From sequence record NC_031120.1: 64,000 nt of DNA, one strand, 5' to 3'. Under the pieces are notes generated by a model. It ran no database searches. It was not told the DNA's origin and worked only from the letters and a program-made list of their open reading frames with translations. Made by a program: the position numbers and the translations under genes. Positions 6,334 through 15,510 of the stretch are shown here, piece after piece (within the stretch, counting starts at the first letter, position 1; every line of letters begins with the position of its first letter).

Positions 6334-6783
6334 ATGGCTAACATGACAATGAATTACAGCTTCGTGGATTTGATGAATCGTTACGGGGCTCGCGATATCT
6401 TTAAAGAGTTCAAGAACGGTGTGATGCCTGGTGACTTCCGCTTTAACAGTCGCTATGACGAGCTGCTGCACGATGAAGTGTTTGGGTTTGTATTCCACCA
6501 TCCGTTTTTCCGTGAATGGAAAGCATCCCTGGTACTCGATGAAAGCGTATCCGCCATCCGCCTTGGTGATACCTGCCCCGTGATACACACCGGGTACAAT
6601 CTCTCCATTCAGGAAGTTCGACGTTTCCGCAACGACGGTAAAGTCATCAGTGGTTTCATGCGTTCCATGGCCAATAGCCTGAACCATAAAGCCCTACCTT
6701 ATGACGAGGTGTTCGCGCTTATCATGGATGCCCTCTTTACCGCCCAACATGTGATGGGCTCGAAGATCGAGAACGTTCACTGA
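6334..6783 (+). CDS. hypothetical protein
   Basis: 149-aa ORF with AGGAGG RBS. Confidence 0.8.
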   Translation: MANMTMNYSFVDLMNRYGARDIFKEFKNGVMPGDFRFNSRYDELLHDEVFGFVFHHPFFREWKASLVLDESVSAIRLGDTCPVIHTGYNLSIQEVRRFRNDGKVISGFMRSMANSLNHKALPYDEVFALIMDALFTAQHVMGSKIENVH

Positions 6784-6850
6784 TTTTTTACGCCAGATAC
6801 CCTCACTATAGGGAGTCTGAGCATTATTAGATTCCGATAGGAGAAGAAGC

Positions 6851-7237
6851 ATGAAGACGAAGCTGCGTCCTCTGGATGTGATTCTCGCTCATCCAGAAAC
6901 GTTAGGTAAGATTAAGCCAAAGTCCGAGTTGGACAAACAGCTGTTGGAATGTATCGAGTGGGGGTTTGCTTTCCATCCGGACGAAACTACCAATACAAAA
7001 AAGCTTGACGTTTCTGATGATGTGGAAATCGACTGGAGTGAGAAGGAAGGGTTCGATGATGTGCGACGCTACGTGGAGCAGGCAACTGTCCCCGCTATAA
7101 TTCCGATTGCCGGAAAAGCAGAACATGTTATCTCGTTACGTCGTGTGGCTAACGCCCAGGAAGAGGTAGTACGTAATGGGGAGGCGTGGTCGTATGGTAC
7201 GGCCAGCCATCTGAAGAACTTGCTCCTGCAAGCATAA
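6851..7237 (+). CDS. hypothetical protein
   Basis: 128-aa ORF with AGGAG RBS. Confidence 0.8.
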   Translation: MKTKLRPLDVILAHPETLGKIKPKSELDKQLLECIEWGFAFHPDETTNTKKLDVSDDVEIDWSEKEGFDDVRRYVEQATVPAIIPIAGKAEHVISLRRVANAQEEVVRNGEAWSYGTASHLKNLLLQA

Positions 7238-7242
7238 TACCC

Positions 7243-7280
7243 TACCCCCGCAACCGCGGGGGTAAGTATTTCTTTTTTTT
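7243..7280. terminator. terminator between convergent genes
   Basis: TACCCCCGC/GCGGGGGTA stem followed by a T run. Confidence 0.75.
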
Positions 7281-7282
7281 GT

Positions 7283-8095
7283 TTACGACTTGTAACGACC
7301 ACCAGACTGCCAGTTGTAACGATCGCCGATGTTGTCGTTGTGAATCATCGCGCGTTTCACCGCAGGCAAGGTATCATCAAAAGATTGCCCTGCATCGGAG
7401 TACCCTTCAATCACATTCTTGAAGGCACCGAACTCCATCCCGTTCTCCAGCTTGCCGGAGTCCATGTCGAAGATCAGCTTGTTGTAGATGTACTGCTTAA
7501 CAGCAAAGACAGCCAAGGTAGCAATGAGCGGATAGAAGTCCGGTTTGATTTCATTCAACTCTTCGGTCATTGCCAGTTTTGCCATCAGCTTGGTGGCATA
7601 GACGAACATGCCCGGGTCTTTAATCTTCACGGTGTTCGGTCCTAAGACTTTCACTTCCGGTGAGGAGATACGTGGCAGGGCGGATTGGGAATCCACAACC
7701 TGTTGGTTAGACGCCAGGATGCCGGTGGTGGCCCCATCAAGATAAGAACCAGCAGGAGGCAAGGTATACGCTTGCCCAGCCACAGGCGTAACGGCCAGAT
7801 AGCCCCCGATGATTTCCCGACCTCCGGTTTTGAAATCGTCGATGAAGTAGACACGACTGTAATAGTCGACAGCATCGTTCTCATACGGCAAACCCTGGAG
7901 GTCAATCTCTTCGTACTGACCCATCCGACAAATCTCAGGGATGACAAACTCGTCCAATACCTCGCGTGTGATTTCGTTATCGACCCCGCTCGCAACACCC
8001 AATGAGCGTAGGTTGTCAGGAATAAAAGCAATCCTGAGAACTGGAGCAGGGATATCGCGCCGGATACGACGCAGGCAATAATCAATGACATTCAT
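7283..8095 (-). CDS. conserved phiKZ-like virion structural protein
   Basis: 270-aa ORF (MNVIDYCLRRI..IP), AGGAG RBS; identity from recalled synteny only. Confidence 0.6.
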   Translation of the reverse strand: MNVIDYCLRRIRRDIPAPVLRIAFIPDNLRSLGVASGVDNEITREVLDEFVIPEICRMGQYEEIDLQGLPYENDAVDYYSRVYFIDDFKTGGREIIGGYLAVTPVAGQAYTLPPAGSYLDGATTGILASNQQVVDSQSALPRISSPEVKVLGPNTVKIKDPGMFVYATKLMAKLAMTEELNEIKPDFYPLIATLAVFAVKQYIYNKLIFDMDSGKLENGMEFGAFKNVIEGYSDAGQSFDDTLPAVKRAMIHNDNIGDRYNWQSGGRYKS

Positions 8096-8216
8096 TTAAA
8101 GCTCCTGTGAAGCATTTTAACGGCGTTCATACCAACGGGTTAAGCTACCCCACGACTTCCCTAAAAAACTACGTTACGTCGCCATTATGTGCGTACCGCA
8201 GTCGAAGATATTTGAC

Positions 8217-8235
8217 ATAGATATTATCTTGATGA
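8217..8235 (+). promoter_or_regulatory. phage early-promoter-like motif
   Basis: ATAGATATTATCTTGATGA, 25 nt upstream of the 8260 ORF. Confidence 0.6.
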
Positions 8236-8259
8236 CATTCCATAAGGAGTATCTTCCCA

Positions 8260-8592
8260 ATGACGCGGGTCTTCTTTGAGTTGAACTTGAAAACCAAACA
8301 AGGATACATAGGCCCTCACTGGTTAATTATCAATGCCATTCAGGAGCTTATCTTTCCGGGTAAATTCGACTTGCCAAAACACATACTGGACATAGCCAAG
8401 CGCTATGACGGAACGGACGCGTGGTTTATGCTCGCTCGACTGGGGCCAAATCATCGCCATCCTTTTACCTACCATAACGGGGTTGTAGAAACGTGGTCAG
8501 AATACACATTAAGCCAAGTGATGTGCATGCAGAGTTTTGGGGTCGCATTGCCGCCACTCCTTGCGCCGCTGCCTTGCGTGTCGACGAACTGA
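8260..8592 (+). CDS. hypothetical protein (first of early gene array)
   Basis: AAGGAG RBS; overlaps the next ORF. Confidence 0.65.
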   Translation: MTRVFFELNLKTKQGYIGPHWLIINAIQELIFPGKFDLPKHILDIAKRYDGTDAWFMLARLGPNHRHPFTYHNGVVETWSEYTLSQVMCMQSFGVALPPLLAPLPCVSTN

Positions 8593-9149
8593 AAAAGCAG
8601 GAATTGACCGTACAACTTCTCCACACGGCATTAGAACACATCTTCCTCTCCATCCCAGAGATGCCTAATGCTCAGTTGTCCGATCACCTCGAACCTTTCA
8701 TTGACCGCCCGCTGTTACATAAGCTGCTGCAAGAGCAGGGGGTGGTGGAAGAACCGGAAGTCATCATGAGTCAAGCGAAGTTGGTCTCAGAGACGATTCT
8801 CGGTACCGACTATCAGGGCACGAAGATGATTGAGCATACCGTTTATGAATCGCCACGGGAATTAATCTACGGCGCATTCGAGCAATGCTTTATCGACTTT
8901 ACTAATCACATCGAGCGGATACTCATTACAGGGTTCCATCAGATGGGCAAACGTCTGAACCGTTATGCCGTAGTGTCATTGTTGCCACACTTGACACCAC
9001 ATGGGCGTATCGTTTCTCTGGAGTTATCTTTCGGTGAAGACATCAGACACATTCATTATCGGGAATCCTTCCCGTCAGGGCGATACAGCCCAAACGTCAG
9101 TCACGATGATAACCTTCGTGACGTACAAAGCCTACTTGCGGATAATTGA
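8493..9149 (+). CDS. hypothetical protein
   Basis: 218-aa ORF; start uncertain. Confidence 0.7.
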   Translation: MVRIHIKPSDVHAEFWGRIAATPCAAALRVDELKKQELTVQLLHTALEHIFLSIPEMPNAQLSDHLEPFIDRPLLHKLLQEQGVVEEPEVIMSQAKLVSETILGTDYQGTKMIEHTVYESPRELIYGAFEQCFIDFTNHIERILITGFHQMGKRLNRYAVVSLLPHLTPHGRIVSLELSFGEDIRHIHYRESFPSGRYSPNVSHDDNLRDVQSLLADN

Positions 9150-9477
9150 AAAGGCGGATAAAGACGATTATCTCCTCACGGGAAATGATTGTCAGAATTT
9201 GTTGAAGTACATTGTCTGGGATTTGTTTCAATACCTGATACACCATTTCAACCCTTACGCCGGTATCGACTATGAAGATGTCGCCACCATCGTGAAGGGT
9301 ACACGCCCGTCGACGCCCAAACACATTGCATTTGAATGGGCCGAAATAGTACGCAAAGCCATGTGCGAAGAGTTTAATATAGCGTACAAAGGGTATCTCC
9401 TCTCTTACGAACTTGATGGCGAGTTTGTTCGAGTCACCACCAAGAAGGTGATGGAAAGTGCAGACGATCTATTTTGA
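9106..9477 (+). CDS. hypothetical protein
   Basis: ORF 9001..9477; start moved to ATG 9106 to limit overlap. Confidence 0.65.
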   Translation: MITFVTYKAYLRIIEKADKDDYLLTGNDCQNLLKYIVWDLFQYLIHHFNPYAGIDYEDVATIVKGTRPSTPKHIAFEWAEIVRKAMCEEFNIAYKGYLLSYELDGEFVRVTTKKVMESADDLF

Positions 9478-9847
9478 GCTACCCGATACGTATCGGGAGA
9501 TGCTTAAACCACTAGGTCAGTTCGGCGGGCTTGATTATTTCCAGAACCATGAGACGGTTGACCGCTATGTCGAACAGTTGGTTCGCATGGAGATTATCCG
9601 CCGTTGGTGTCGAACAGACTTGCTGCATGTTAAAGAGTGGTTTAAAGCGACCATCGCGGTAGACCCGATTTCAACTGATTACTTCATTAATCAGGCAATA
9701 CAAACGTACATCGTCCAGTCCACGGACATATGGCGCTGTATACAACGTGAATTAACCTTCACACCCACCGGTCAATTTCTGATGTGGCATGTTGACTATG
9801 GACTGTGGAAAATGATTGCATCAGGAGTTGACTATTATGTCGAGTAG
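9458..9847 (+). CDS. hypothetical protein
   Basis: 129-aa ORF translationally coupled to its neighbours. Confidence 0.75.
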   Translation: MQTIYFELPDTYREMLKPLGQFGGLDYFQNHETVDRYVEQLVRMEIIRRWCRTDLLHVKEWFKATIAVDPISTDYFINQAIQTYIVQSTDIWRCIQRELTFTPTGQFLMWHVDYGLWKMIASGVDYYVE

Positions 9848-10343
9848 TTCGTATTTCCTTATTCCCGACTATCAGGATATTTGCGGCCCGCTGTCTGAGT
9901 TCGATCCTCATGCGGTATTGCGGGAAATCAACGATGACCTGAACGGGGTTATCAACAAAGCCTTTGCGTTTGTTGAAACCGGCTCGATTGGCGAAGACCT
10001 GCCGTTTATGTTACCGAACACGTTCCAGTACATCGCGACCGAGTTATCAACACGGGGCATTGTGCTGGAAGGTAATCAGACCCTGGTGTACGGCGCGGCG
10101 ATTCAGGACGTTGGTAAAGCGTTTATGACCGCAGTGTCCACCTCACCACACTGGTTTACCCGTTACGGCAAATTCGTGGGTGCCCGTTACAGCCTCAACC
10201 GTCCAGGTGGTGTCGAGTTCCTGTTGGACTATGCGCAGGTGAAGTTCCCGCAGTTTGAATCTGCCGAAGCGTACAACACCATGTCCCCGAAACTGCTGAC
10301 GGTAATTGAAATGCTGATAGGGTCACTGGGAGGCCGCCTATGA
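9837..10343 (+). CDS. hypothetical protein
   Basis: AGGAG RBS favours ATG 9837. Confidence 0.75.
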   Translation: MSSSSYFLIPDYQDICGPLSEFDPHAVLREINDDLNGVINKAFAFVETGSIGEDLPFMLPNTFQYIATELSTRGIVLEGNQTLVYGAAIQDVGKAFMTAVSTSPHWFTRYGKFVGARYSLNRPGGVEFLLDYAQVKFPQFESAEAYNTMSPKLLTVIEMLIGSLGGRL

Positions 10344-10906
10344 TTGTCTACTACGACGCTACGGAGCGCGTAGACGATTACGGCAAAGCCAAGTTCTACG
10401 AGATAGTTCGCGAATACATCGCGGAAATCTTTGAGCGAAGTGGTCTGGAGATAGTCGGTGGCGATCAGGCAATCATCGACATCTACCAGAAGTTTTCCTA
10501 CGCGTTCGTTATCGGCACGTTGACCGGAAACCCGCTGCTGTTTGAAGATAACTTCTTTGAAGAGCTGGCTGATCCTGTCGGTGACTGGAAAGGTGTGGAA
10601 GATCGTTCAGGCGAACTCTTACTGTCGTTAGGGTTCAGCATGGAAGACATTAAAGGCCCTCTGGTACAGCAGGACGCGGAAGCGACCATGGTGTGGGAAG
10701 AGTCGGTGGTGCCTAATACATACGGTAACCCAATGCAGCAACTTAACGCCAGACGGGCGGCGTTAGAGCTGTTCAATCAATCGGTAGCAAGCCAGTCTGG
10801 GTTGGCGGGCTTAATACCTCAGTTGTATCCGGGGCGTTACCTGAACCATTACGGTGACGATTTCAAAGGGTTAGTGGTGGTGTGCGAACATGAAGGTCTA
10901 CTTTGA
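10340..10906 (+). CDS. hypothetical protein
   Basis: 188 aa, GGAGG RBS, ATGA overlap with the upstream stop. Confidence 0.8.
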   Translation: MIVYYDATERVDDYGKAKFYEIVREYIAEIFERSGLEIVGGDQAIIDIYQKFSYAFVIGTLTGNPLLFEDNFFEELADPVGDWKGVEDRSGELLLSLGFSMEDIKGPLVQQDAEATMVWEESVVPNTYGNPMQQLNARRAALELFNQSVASQSGLAGLIPQLYPGRYLNHYGDDFKGLVVVCEHEGLL

Positions 10907-11327
10907 GCTGAAAGACATCTGTGACGTCGACGGTATACTCGGGCGGGTAAACATCGATTCAGCGTATTACGATCCTAAACGGACACCACACATGTGTTAT
11001 CTGTTTGTGGCGGAGTATGCGAAAGAGGCGTTAGAACAGATTGCGAAACACGGGTTAGGCGTCGGGTTCGTTACCTTTAGTCCGCCGAACCAATACCAAA
11101 TCCTCGCCAGAATGAAAAATCTCTGGCCGGAAGAAGACATCCTCAATCTGCGAATCAGCTTCGATACGATTCGTCTGGATGAAGAGGTACGCTTCTTCGA
11201 GTTACAGCAAATCGTGCAAGCAGTGAGCATCCGCACCGGACTGAATCGTCTGGAGGTGGCTGAGCGTACCAAAGTATCACTCTTTATGAATGAGATTGGT
11301 AACGCACTGATTTGCTTGGAGTGCTAA
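10890..11327 (+). CDS. hypothetical protein
   Basis: 145-aa coupled ORF. Confidence 0.75.
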   Translation: MKVYFELKDICDVDGILGRVNIDSAYYDPKRTPHMCYLFVAEYAKEALEQIAKHGLGVGFVTFSPPNQYQILARMKNLWPEEDILNLRISFDTIRLDEEVRFFELQQIVQAVSIRTGLNRLEVAERTKVSLFMNEIGNALICLEC

Positions 11328-11336
11328 GGAGCACAG

Positions 11337-11933
11337 ATGATTTATAACGTGTTGTCCGTCCAGACCTGGGGAGTTAACCTGGGTGTGGTTGGCCACCTTA
11401 CCGACGGGGATGTGTTTCTGGAAGCGGTGGAGAAGACCATCGCGAAGTTTCCAAAGATGCGTATCGACCTGCCGGTAGGGGAGCTGGAAAGCGATGTGAT
11501 GTATACCGCGTTGCGCACGGCGGCCATGGCGTATCTCCATGACCATCAAACTGCGCTGCCACGCGTTCAGTTAAGTCGTCTGAAAGCGTTCCTCGACTCA
11601 TTAAGCGATGAGTACCGTCGCTGGAAGTTCGATGCGGGTATGGGATGTGCCGTTAACGATGCAATCATGGAGGAGATGTCTCCGTTAATTGAATTGCATC
11701 GTTCTGTGAGTAGTGACAATTTCAGTGTGGCGAACACGATTCTGGAATACTCGGTGGAAGCCGTTTCGCAGTTCTTTGCAAAGCAGCTAGTCGAGGAGTT
11801 CAGTCACGTCGTGGAGATGTATCGTCTCATGCACAAAGGTAAGATTGAACGCCTGGTGCTCACGCTCGATTTTCCGCGGTGTCAGTATAACATCATGGAT
11901 ATGAGACTGCACATTCACGTAGCGGAGGAGTAA
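11337..11933 (+). CDS. hypothetical protein
   Basis: 198 aa, AAGGAG RBS. Confidence 0.8.
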   Translation: MIYNVLSVQTWGVNLGVVGHLTDGDVFLEAVEKTIAKFPKMRIDLPVGELESDVMYTALRTAAMAYLHDHQTALPRVQLSRLKAFLDSLSDEYRRWKFDAGMGCAVNDAIMEEMSPLIELHRSVSSDNFSVANTILEYSVEAVSQFFAKQLVEEFSHVVEMYRLMHKGKIERLVLTLDFPRCQYNIMDMRLHIHVAEE

Positions 11934-12340
11934 TGTACGACATTAAGCAGTTAGAGGCTGGGTCGGTAGTCAACATCACGTATGACACGCCGATTAAAAT
12001 GGCTGAACAACGTGTAGTGGTTCTGGGTACCTGTGGCTACGAAATGGCCAAACAGATCGAGGACGTTAACGCCACACAAAAGAACATCTACTCCAGCCTG
12101 GTCGGTCAGCCGGATGACAATACAGCGAAATACCTGTATCTGATGTTCAAAGGCAGCAATGGTAAGATTCGTGTGGCAGCAGACGCGTGGATTCGTGAAG
12201 TCAGTATTATCAAGAATCTGCAAGTGCGCTTCCTGGTCACGGTGGATAACCGTGATGAGATTGACGAAATCACCAAAGCGTTAGCGATTCGTGGGCTCAA
12301 TAACGTGAGCTTTGAAATCGTTGACAATACGGCCGGTTAA
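11933..12340 (+). CDS. conserved phiKZ-like protein preceding DNA polymerase (possible SH3-like fold)
   Basis: 135 aa, TAATG overlap, GGAGG RBS. Confidence 0.7.
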   Translation: MYDIKQLEAGSVVNITYDTPIKMAEQRVVVLGTCGYEMAKQIEDVNATQKNIYSSLVGQPDDNTAKYLYLMFKGSNGKIRVAADAWIREVSIIKNLQVRFLVTVDNRDEIDEITKALAIRGLNNVSFEIVDNTAG

Positions 12341-12345
12341 GAATA

Positions 12346-12375
12346 CCCCGCTTCGGCGGGGCTTCTTTTTTTTTT
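12346..12375 (+). terminator. intrinsic terminator
   Basis: CCCCGC-TTCG-GCGGGG followed by a T run. Confidence 0.85.
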
Positions 12376-12433
12376 ATTTTTCACGTCAGCCAATAGTCTT
12401 ATAGCAGAGAACCCAACGCCACAGGAGTACAGC

Positions 12434-14743
12434 GTGGAATATAATGAACCATTCCGTTTGCCCGTTGATGACTACACGCGAGAGATCGATGTCATCGAAG
12501 GCTACATGGAGCAAATGACGCTGTACATCTGGCACCAGACAGATCACAAGTACAGCAAAGAGTTCATCCGTAAGCAGATTGATGAGATGTTTGCGGAAGG
12601 TGGCGAACTGGCTCATAACTTCCCATCGTGCAAGATGTGGGTACGTAACCAAACCACCGGCGATCGTGAAGAGAAGCACACGACCATCGATAAGCTATTC
12701 CGGACAGTGATTGACAAGCAGATTATCTCGGCTCCATCACTGACCTTCTATTTACCGGAGCACGTTAAGCGCTCGAAACTTTCCGAATTCACCGCAGAGA
12801 ACGTGCGTAAGCGTGCGGTGGTGAAGAACGAAATGTACGAAGCAGCAGCGGCCGGTAACGAAGTGCTGAAGATTAACAAGAAGAACGAACAGAACGCCGT
12901 GAAGACCCTGAACAACGGGATGTCCGGTGCGTTCTCGTCACCGTACACGGTTATCTTCAACCAGTCATCGCACTCGGTGCTGACGTCAACCTGCCGTACC
13001 GCAACCTCGTTCGGTAACGCCGGTAACGAACGTCTGTTGGGGGGCAACCGCCACTACGACACACCGTCGCGCGTCATTGACCACTTCCTGAGTATCGGTA
13101 CCCTGACCGACTTCCATGCCTTTAAAGAGTGCCTGGAGAAATATAACCTGCACATGCCAACCGTTGATGAAACGATGGACGTTATCACCTATTCTTCAGA
13201 CCTGTACTGGCGCAGTGCCGAAGGTCTGGCGCGGGTACGTCACTTCGTTGAGCGTGTCTCGGATATGGAACGTGCGGCCTTCGTCTACATGGGTGACTTC
13301 TATCATCTGGCGAAGTTCAACGACGAGTTCATGCGTGGCTTTGTTACCGCATTGATTTCGAAACAAATGGTGGATGACTGCACGAACTGGTCAGACGACG
13401 ACTGGAAAGCCGCAGAGAAAACCATTGACGGCGACATGAAAATCATCATCGGACAGTTCCGTACGGATATCGTACCGCTGGGCAAATCCTTTGGTGACGT
13501 GAAGAAGAAAGATAAGGAAACGGAGAAAGCCTTACCGTGGTCCGAACAGGGTGCTTACAAAGAGCTGATTCGCTCTGCGGTCTTCCTGCAACGTACCCTC
13601 GGTGAGTACGCCTGCCTTATCAAGAATATCCTGACCACCAAGAACCTGCCAATTAACATTGCCAGGATGCCGGATGTGATTCGTCGTGTGGGCGTGGTAT
13701 CTGATACCGACTCCACGATGATGACCGCGCAGTGGTGGGCACAGTGGTATTGTGGCCAGCATTATGGTGAGACCGCAACCCGTGTATCGGATGCAATGAT
13801 TTATATTGCCACCCAGCATCTGCGTCACCTGATGGCCAGCATGTCTGCCAACATTGGGGTAGCGAAAGAGCGTATCTTCCTGTACGCCATGAAGAACGAG
13901 TATAAGTTTGACTCGTTTGCGCTGACCACTAAAGCCAAGCACTACTTCTCCATTATTACCGGACAGGAAGGCCAGCTGAAAAAAGACCCTGAGCTGGAAG
14001 TAAAAGGCGTGTCCTTGCGTACGTCGAACATTCCGCCGATCATCATGAAGGAGTTCAAGAAAACCATTCGTCAGCTGTGTATCACTGTGGCGAAAGGTGA
14101 ACGTATTGAAATCGTTCCGTTGATGGAAAAGGTGGCCTCCATTGAGCATAGCGTTGTGGAATCACTGCGTAGCGGCAATGCGGGTTATCTGAAAACCACC
14201 AACATCAAATCACGCGACGCGTACCAGGGTGATGAGAAGAGCTATCACTACCACCGCATGTACAACACCATCTTTGGGCCGAAATATGGCTACATTGGGG
14301 AACCGCCTTACGACGCGGTAAAACTGCCGGTGAACCTGGAAACCAAAACGGCCTTGAAGGAATGGATTGAGTCTATCGAAGACCCGATCATTCGTAACGG
14401 GGCACAAGCCTGGTTTGAAGAAACGAAAGGTCGTACTTACAGCACCCTGATTCTGCCAGAGCACCTGGTTGAGAACCACGGGATTCCCCCTGAACTGATT
14501 GCGGCTGCCAACGTACGTAAGACTGCCTTTGCGACAGTTGAACCGTACTACCACATCCTGGAATGCTTAGGCGTCTTCATGATTGATAAGACCCGTACCC
14601 GTCTGCTGTCAGACTACTACGGTGAGTCGCTTGAAGCCCTGCAAGAGCTGCCGGATCTGAAAGCCGTGCGTTACGTACCGAAAGCTGAACGTGATGCTGA
14701 GGACGAAGAAGAGGATGAGGATGGAGAAGAAGCAGAAGAGTGA
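12434..14743 (+). CDS. split family-B DNA polymerase, catalytic part (phiKZ gp50-like)
   Basis: Motif B-like KNEQNAVKTLNNGMSG and motif C SDTDS; GTG start after AGGAG; acidic C-terminal tail. Confidence 0.85.
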   Translation: MEYNEPFRLPVDDYTREIDVIEGYMEQMTLYIWHQTDHKYSKEFIRKQIDEMFAEGGELAHNFPSCKMWVRNQTTGDREEKHTTIDKLFRTVIDKQIISAPSLTFYLPEHVKRSKLSEFTAENVRKRAVVKNEMYEAAAAGNEVLKINKKNEQNAVKTLNNGMSGAFSSPYTVIFNQSSHSVLTSTCRTATSFGNAGNERLLGGNRHYDTPSRVIDHFLSIGTLTDFHAFKECLEKYNLHMPTVDETMDVITYSSDLYWRSAEGLARVRHFVERVSDMERAAFVYMGDFYHLAKFNDEFMRGFVTALISKQMVDDCTNWSDDDWKAAEKTIDGDMKIIIGQFRTDIVPLGKSFGDVKKKDKETEKALPWSEQGAYKELIRSAVFLQRTLGEYACLIKNILTTKNLPINIARMPDVIRRVGVVSDTDSTMMTAQWWAQWYCGQHYGETATRVSDAMIYIATQHLRHLMASMSANIGVAKERIFLYAMKNEYKFDSFALTTKAKHYFSIITGQEGQLKKDPELEVKGVSLRTSNIPPIIMKEFKKTIRQLCITVAKGERIEIVPLMEKVASIEHSVVESLRSGNAGYLKTTNIKSRDAYQGDEKSYHYHRMYNTIFGPKYGYIGEPPYDAVKLPVNLETKTALKEWIESIEDPIIRNGAQAWFEETKGRTYSTLILPEHLVENHGIPPELIAAANVRKTAFATVEPYYHILECLGVFMIDKTRTRLLSDYYGESLEALQELPDLKAVRYVPKAERDAEDEEEDEDGEEAEE

Positions 14744-15005
14744 TCAGCCGGTGCTTCAGCTTGCTGTTCGCGATGAAGAAATATTCTGGGGGCGAAAAAT
14801 CCCCCAGGCATTCTGGGACGAGTGGCTGAAGTGCTTTCAAACGGACGCTCCAGCCGATCCCAGTTTACACGAACAGTTAACGGTACTTCGCGAGCAAGCG
14901 CTGTATCTACCGAAAGCGCAGCAGACTGAACTGTCCCTCGTTATTCGGGAAGCAGTCGGGAAATGGTCACAGGAGAAGCTCATTGGCCTCAAAAGCGGAA
15001 CCTGA
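14721..15005 (+). CDS. hypothetical protein
   Basis: ORF overlapping the polymerase stop; GAGG RBS. Confidence 0.55.
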   Translation: MEKKQKSDQPVLQLAVRDEEIFWGRKIPQAFWDEWLKCFQTDAPADPSLHEQLTVLREQALYLPKAQQTELSLVIREAVGKWSQEKLIGLKSGT

Positions 15006-15273
15006 ACGTCTGTTGGGTATTCGGACACCGAAGAGCGCCATGTGGGCGCTCATGCCCAAGCGTGAGTTATCGGAGATTATCCGTGAGCTGCTATTGACCG
15101 ATCATCAAACTGAAAGGATGATGGTTGAGCAAGGTATTCCGGTTGACGATCTGATAGCCAGCATGACCCCAGCACAATCTGCGGAGATACGTGAGGCGAT
15201 TGTGAATGTAATCCGTAAGGTAGTAAAGGAGACGATTGACAATGGCCTACCGCGATCCGAAGAAAGCGACTGA
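14983..15273 (+). CDS. hypothetical protein
   Basis: TTG start after AGGAG. Confidence 0.55.
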   Translation: MASKAEPERLLGIRTPKSAMWALMPKRELSEIIRELLLTDHQTERMMVEQGIPVDDLIASMTPAQSAEIREAIVNVIRKVVKETIDNGLPRSEESD

Positions 15274-15427
15274 GATGCAACGGGATATCTTAAACGATCT
15301 GCAAGAACGGGGTTGTACCGATATCCAATTGCACAGCTCCGGGGAAACCATCCACATGACCGCATTTGATCCGAAGAAGAAAAAGTGTGTGCAGGTGTTT
15401 GGTAAGCCGTACGTAAACGGGAACTAA
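15242..15427 (+). CDS. small hypothetical protein
   Basis: AAGGAG RBS; terminator follows. Confidence 0.55.
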   Translation: MAYRDPKKATEMQRDILNDLQERGCTDIQLHSSGETIHMTAFDPKKKKCVQVFGKPYVNGN

Positions 15428-15439
15428 AAAAGAAAAGGG

Positions 15440-15468
15440 AATCGCATCCCGAAGGATGCGATTATTTT
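15440..15468. terminator. terminator between convergent genes
   Basis: AATCGCATCC-CGAA-GGATGCGATT flanked by A and T runs. Confidence 0.75.
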
Positions 15469-15510
15469 CCCTATTATATGTACACTGGAAACAGTGTGCG
15501 TACGAGGGGA

